From: Peribolospora baueri
Taxonomy: Eukaryota
Assembly: GCA_029717555.1 (NCBI GenBank)
Contig: JAMDHS010000032.1
Span: forward strand, 124,001-188,000
Reading direction: 5' to 3'
Length of the DNA stretch: 64,000 bases
The position numbers and the translations under genes are program-made. Below, piece after piece: positions 61,880 to 64,000 of the stretch. The notes beneath the pieces were generated by a model. That model did no database searches. It was not told where the DNA came from and saw nothing but the letters and a program-made list of their open reading frames with translations. Positions within the stretch are counted from its first letter, which is position 1, and each line of letters opens with the position of its first letter.

Positions 61880-64000
61880 ATGAGACCCCCCTGCTGCTAC
61901 AGATGCAACAGCTACCGCCATAACCACCAGTCCTACCTCCTCGCCTGCGCCCGCTGCCTTCGGACCGTCCACCACAGCTGCGACGACCCACCGACGATCG
62001 ACGCCGAGCTACGGTATATGATCCGCTGCGACGATCTGGGCAAAGGCGGCGGCACGGACGACTGGACGTGCGGCAGTTGTCGCGGTCGCCTCTCTCAGGC
62101 CCTTGGACGCAGGTGGAGCGACACCACAGCCGTGGCGCGGGCGCAGGGCGTCAACGGCCAGGGCACCACCGAGTGGTCTTGCAGGGAGAGAGATGGAGGA
62201 GAGGAGTACATGTCCAGGACAAGCTTTCCGGAGGAGTTGTGGCGGCAAGCGGGTCCGTCGCGACCCGCTTCGACCGCCCCGACCAAGGTATTCGTGCCGC
62301 GCGTGAGCAACTTGGAGTCGCATTCGTACACGTCGTCCCTATTCGACCGTCTCCCAATACCTTCCACAGTCCCGTCCGGTCACCATCAACCAGACCCCGC
62401 TCCATCCAAACCTCTGGCCCCGCAGCCATGCGCACCTCCACCGACATTCGTCTCCTCGCCTACTTACCGCCCGTCTAGACCGTTCACTTCGCCCGCCCAA
62501 CCGACTGTCGCTAACGACGTACATCGCTATCCATCTGTAGCATCGCCTCGAGAACCTGGCCAGGCCGGCATGAACGGGCCTTTCCTTCTTCACCCCAGTC
62601 CAACCCAGCACCCTGTGATGTCGCTCTCCCCAGACCATCGTATGGTGGCGCAATCGCACCCACCGCCCACAACTACGAGACCGCTAGGCAGCGTTCCGCA
62701 GCTTTTCCCTGCTCATGGCCTCATGCGCGTGCCAACGTACGCCGACGATGAACGTCTTGAACAGGCCGTCGACAAGCCCTTTTCTCCTCGCCTCTTAGGA
62801 CATCCGGCTGTTAGTCTGCCACGGATGGTGGGTGCTCCCACTTACGCTCCTCCTCATTCTCCTGTTTCTCAGGCCCCGGCAAACCGAGAGAATCTTCAGA
62901 CGCCTCCGAGGACGCCCGAGACATTTTATCCGGACGGCTGGCCTCCTCCATGGAGGCCCTCAGTAGAGCCGTTCAGCCCGGCTGCAAACCAGGAACATCT
63001 TCTTATGTCTCAGTCTCCCTCGCAAGCCTCGCCAGGAGCTACGACGTCTCCTGCGGAATCGCGAATGTCATCTTCGAGCCTGTCCAGTCCGGATCGACTT
63101 CCAATCTCACCTGCGCCTCCCCCTGCGCCGCCTTTGGTGGCGCGGAGTGCACCCGCGGGGGGCGTCCTGCGCTCGCCGCCCAATGATGTTGCTCCGCCTC
63201 TTTCTCCTGTTCGTTCGGCCCCTCCCAAAGCGGCCACGATAAGGCTGAGCGCACGCTCCCAGCAGTATCTGCAGCATGCTTCTTCAAGCTCCAGATTCTC
63301 TTCGCCCTCTCTTTCGTCTTCTCGTTCCCTGTCACCTTCAAAGGGCGCTACGGATCCGAACGGCATTCATCATCAATCGCTGGAGGACGCGACCAGACAT
63401 GTCAACGAAGCCGTCCGCGGAGATAGAGGCAGAGGCGGGGGCCTCAAGCTCATTTTGAAGCCACCGTCTCCACATGCTCCTGCCCCTCCAGCGACAGATG
63501 GCGATGTAGCCGGAACCGGTACGGACGGCGTGCAAACGCAAGACTCGCCAACAACACCCTCTCATACTTTCTCCCAAGCCGCCACCACTCCGTCGCCTTC
63601 TTGCCATCCGGAAACGCCCGTCATCAGTTTGGTGGATGTGGCTCCGGGGACGGCGAGCGCCATGGCGACAAACGCCAACAGCAAGGTGGGCGTGATCACA
63701 GGCACAAGGAAGCTGCTCCCAGGCCGTAAGCGATCGGCCAGCTCGTATTCCACGTTCGCAATCCCGTCCGCGGATCCCACGACGTCCGGAGTGCCAGTTC
63801 CGGAACGGCAGCAGCTATCGCTAACGCGCGTGAAGAAGCGGCGAGAGGAGGAGGAAATTTCAGGTGCCAATCTCGCGCTGAGGAGGGTTGTCGCTTCGCG
63901 GCAACAGCAGCTGCACCAACATCAGTGGGAACAGTCGCAGCACCAGCTCCAGCAGCATGGTCAGAGCCAACAGCAGAACCCTCGTCGATCGGAGAAGCAG
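61880..64000 (+). CDS. PHD-finger protein with long Pro/Ser-rich region (3' partial)
   Basis: The ATG at 61880 opens a frame with no stop to the window end (707 codons). N-terminus CYRC...LLACARCLRTVHHSC...WTCGSC fits C4HC3. Probable 5'-UTR intron 61678-61873. Confidence 0.8.
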   Translation, partial: MRPPCCYRCNSYRHNHQSYLLACARCLRTVHHSCDDPPTIDAELRYMIRCDDLGKGGGTDDWTCGSCRGRLSQALGRRWSDTTAVARAQGVNGQGTTEWSCRERDGGEEYMSRTSFPEELWRQAGPSRPASTAPTKVFVPRVSNLESHSYTSSLFDRLPIPSTVPSGHHQPDPAPSKPLAPQPCAPPPTFVSSPTYRPSRPFTSPAQPTVANDVHRYPSVASPREPGQAGMNGPFLLHPSPTQHPVMSLSPDHRMVAQSHPPPTTTRPLGSVPQLFPAHGLMRVPTYADDERLEQAVDKPFSPRLLGHPAVSLPRMVGAPTYAPPHSPVSQAPANRENLQTPPRTPETFYPDGWPPPWRPSVEPFSPAANQEHLLMSQSPSQASPGATTSPAESRMSSSSLSSPDRLPISPAPPPAPPLVARSAPAGGVLRSPPNDVAPPLSPVRSAPPKAATIRLSARSQQYLQHASSSSRFSSPSLSSSRSLSPSKGATDPNGIHHQSLEDATRHVNEAVRGDRGRGGGLKLILKPPSPHAPAPPATDGDVAGTGTDGVQTQDSPTTPSHTFSQAATTPSPSCHPETPVISLVDVAPGTASAMATNANSKVGVITGTRKLLPGRKRSASSYSTFAIPSADPTTSGVPVPERQQLSLTRVKKRREEEEISGANLALRRVVASRQQQLHQHQWEQSQHQLQQHGQSQQQNPRRSEKQ

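Noticed and set aside
1..64000. CRISPR arrays, transposons, rRNA/tRNA, prokaryotic defence systems
   Set aside because: I saw no repeat-spacer array, transposase/RT/integrase motifs, terminal repeats or structural RNA signatures. The DNA is intron-containing fungal sequence.

Overview
Gene-dense, GC-rich eukaryotic DNA with short spliceosomal introns (GTGAGT ... CTRAC-like branch point ... YAG). It is clearly fungal, most likely basidiomycete; Ustilaginomycotina is a plausible guess from protein style only. I reconstruct 18 protein-coding genes by hand-splicing: Bsd2 (partial), Tos4-like FHA protein, SH3-WW Cdc25 RasGEF, a CRIB protein with many RxxSP motifs, a PPR-like protein, RPP0, V-ATPase subunit e, zf-C3HC/NIPA, an SDR, NDUFS6, Yta7/ATAD2, a C2H2 transcription factor, NADH pyrophosphatase, a Ras-like pseudo-GTPase/RasGEF fusion, a dienelactone hydrolase, kinesin-8, TFIIIC tau95, and a PHD-finger protein that runs off the right end and is missing from the ORF track. 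I found no transposon, CRISPR array, rRNA or tRNA. The most notable observations are the pseudo-GTPase-REM-CDC25 fusion, the CRIB protein with about 20 DYRK-type RxxSP sites, a candidate box C/D snoRNA in an RPP0 intron, a last-exon-dependent PTS1-like signal on NPY1, RTCACGTG sites recurring in divergent promoters, and a G50 plus (TTTC)15 intron within a zinc-finger gene. All exon boundaries are manual predictions and no database searches were run.
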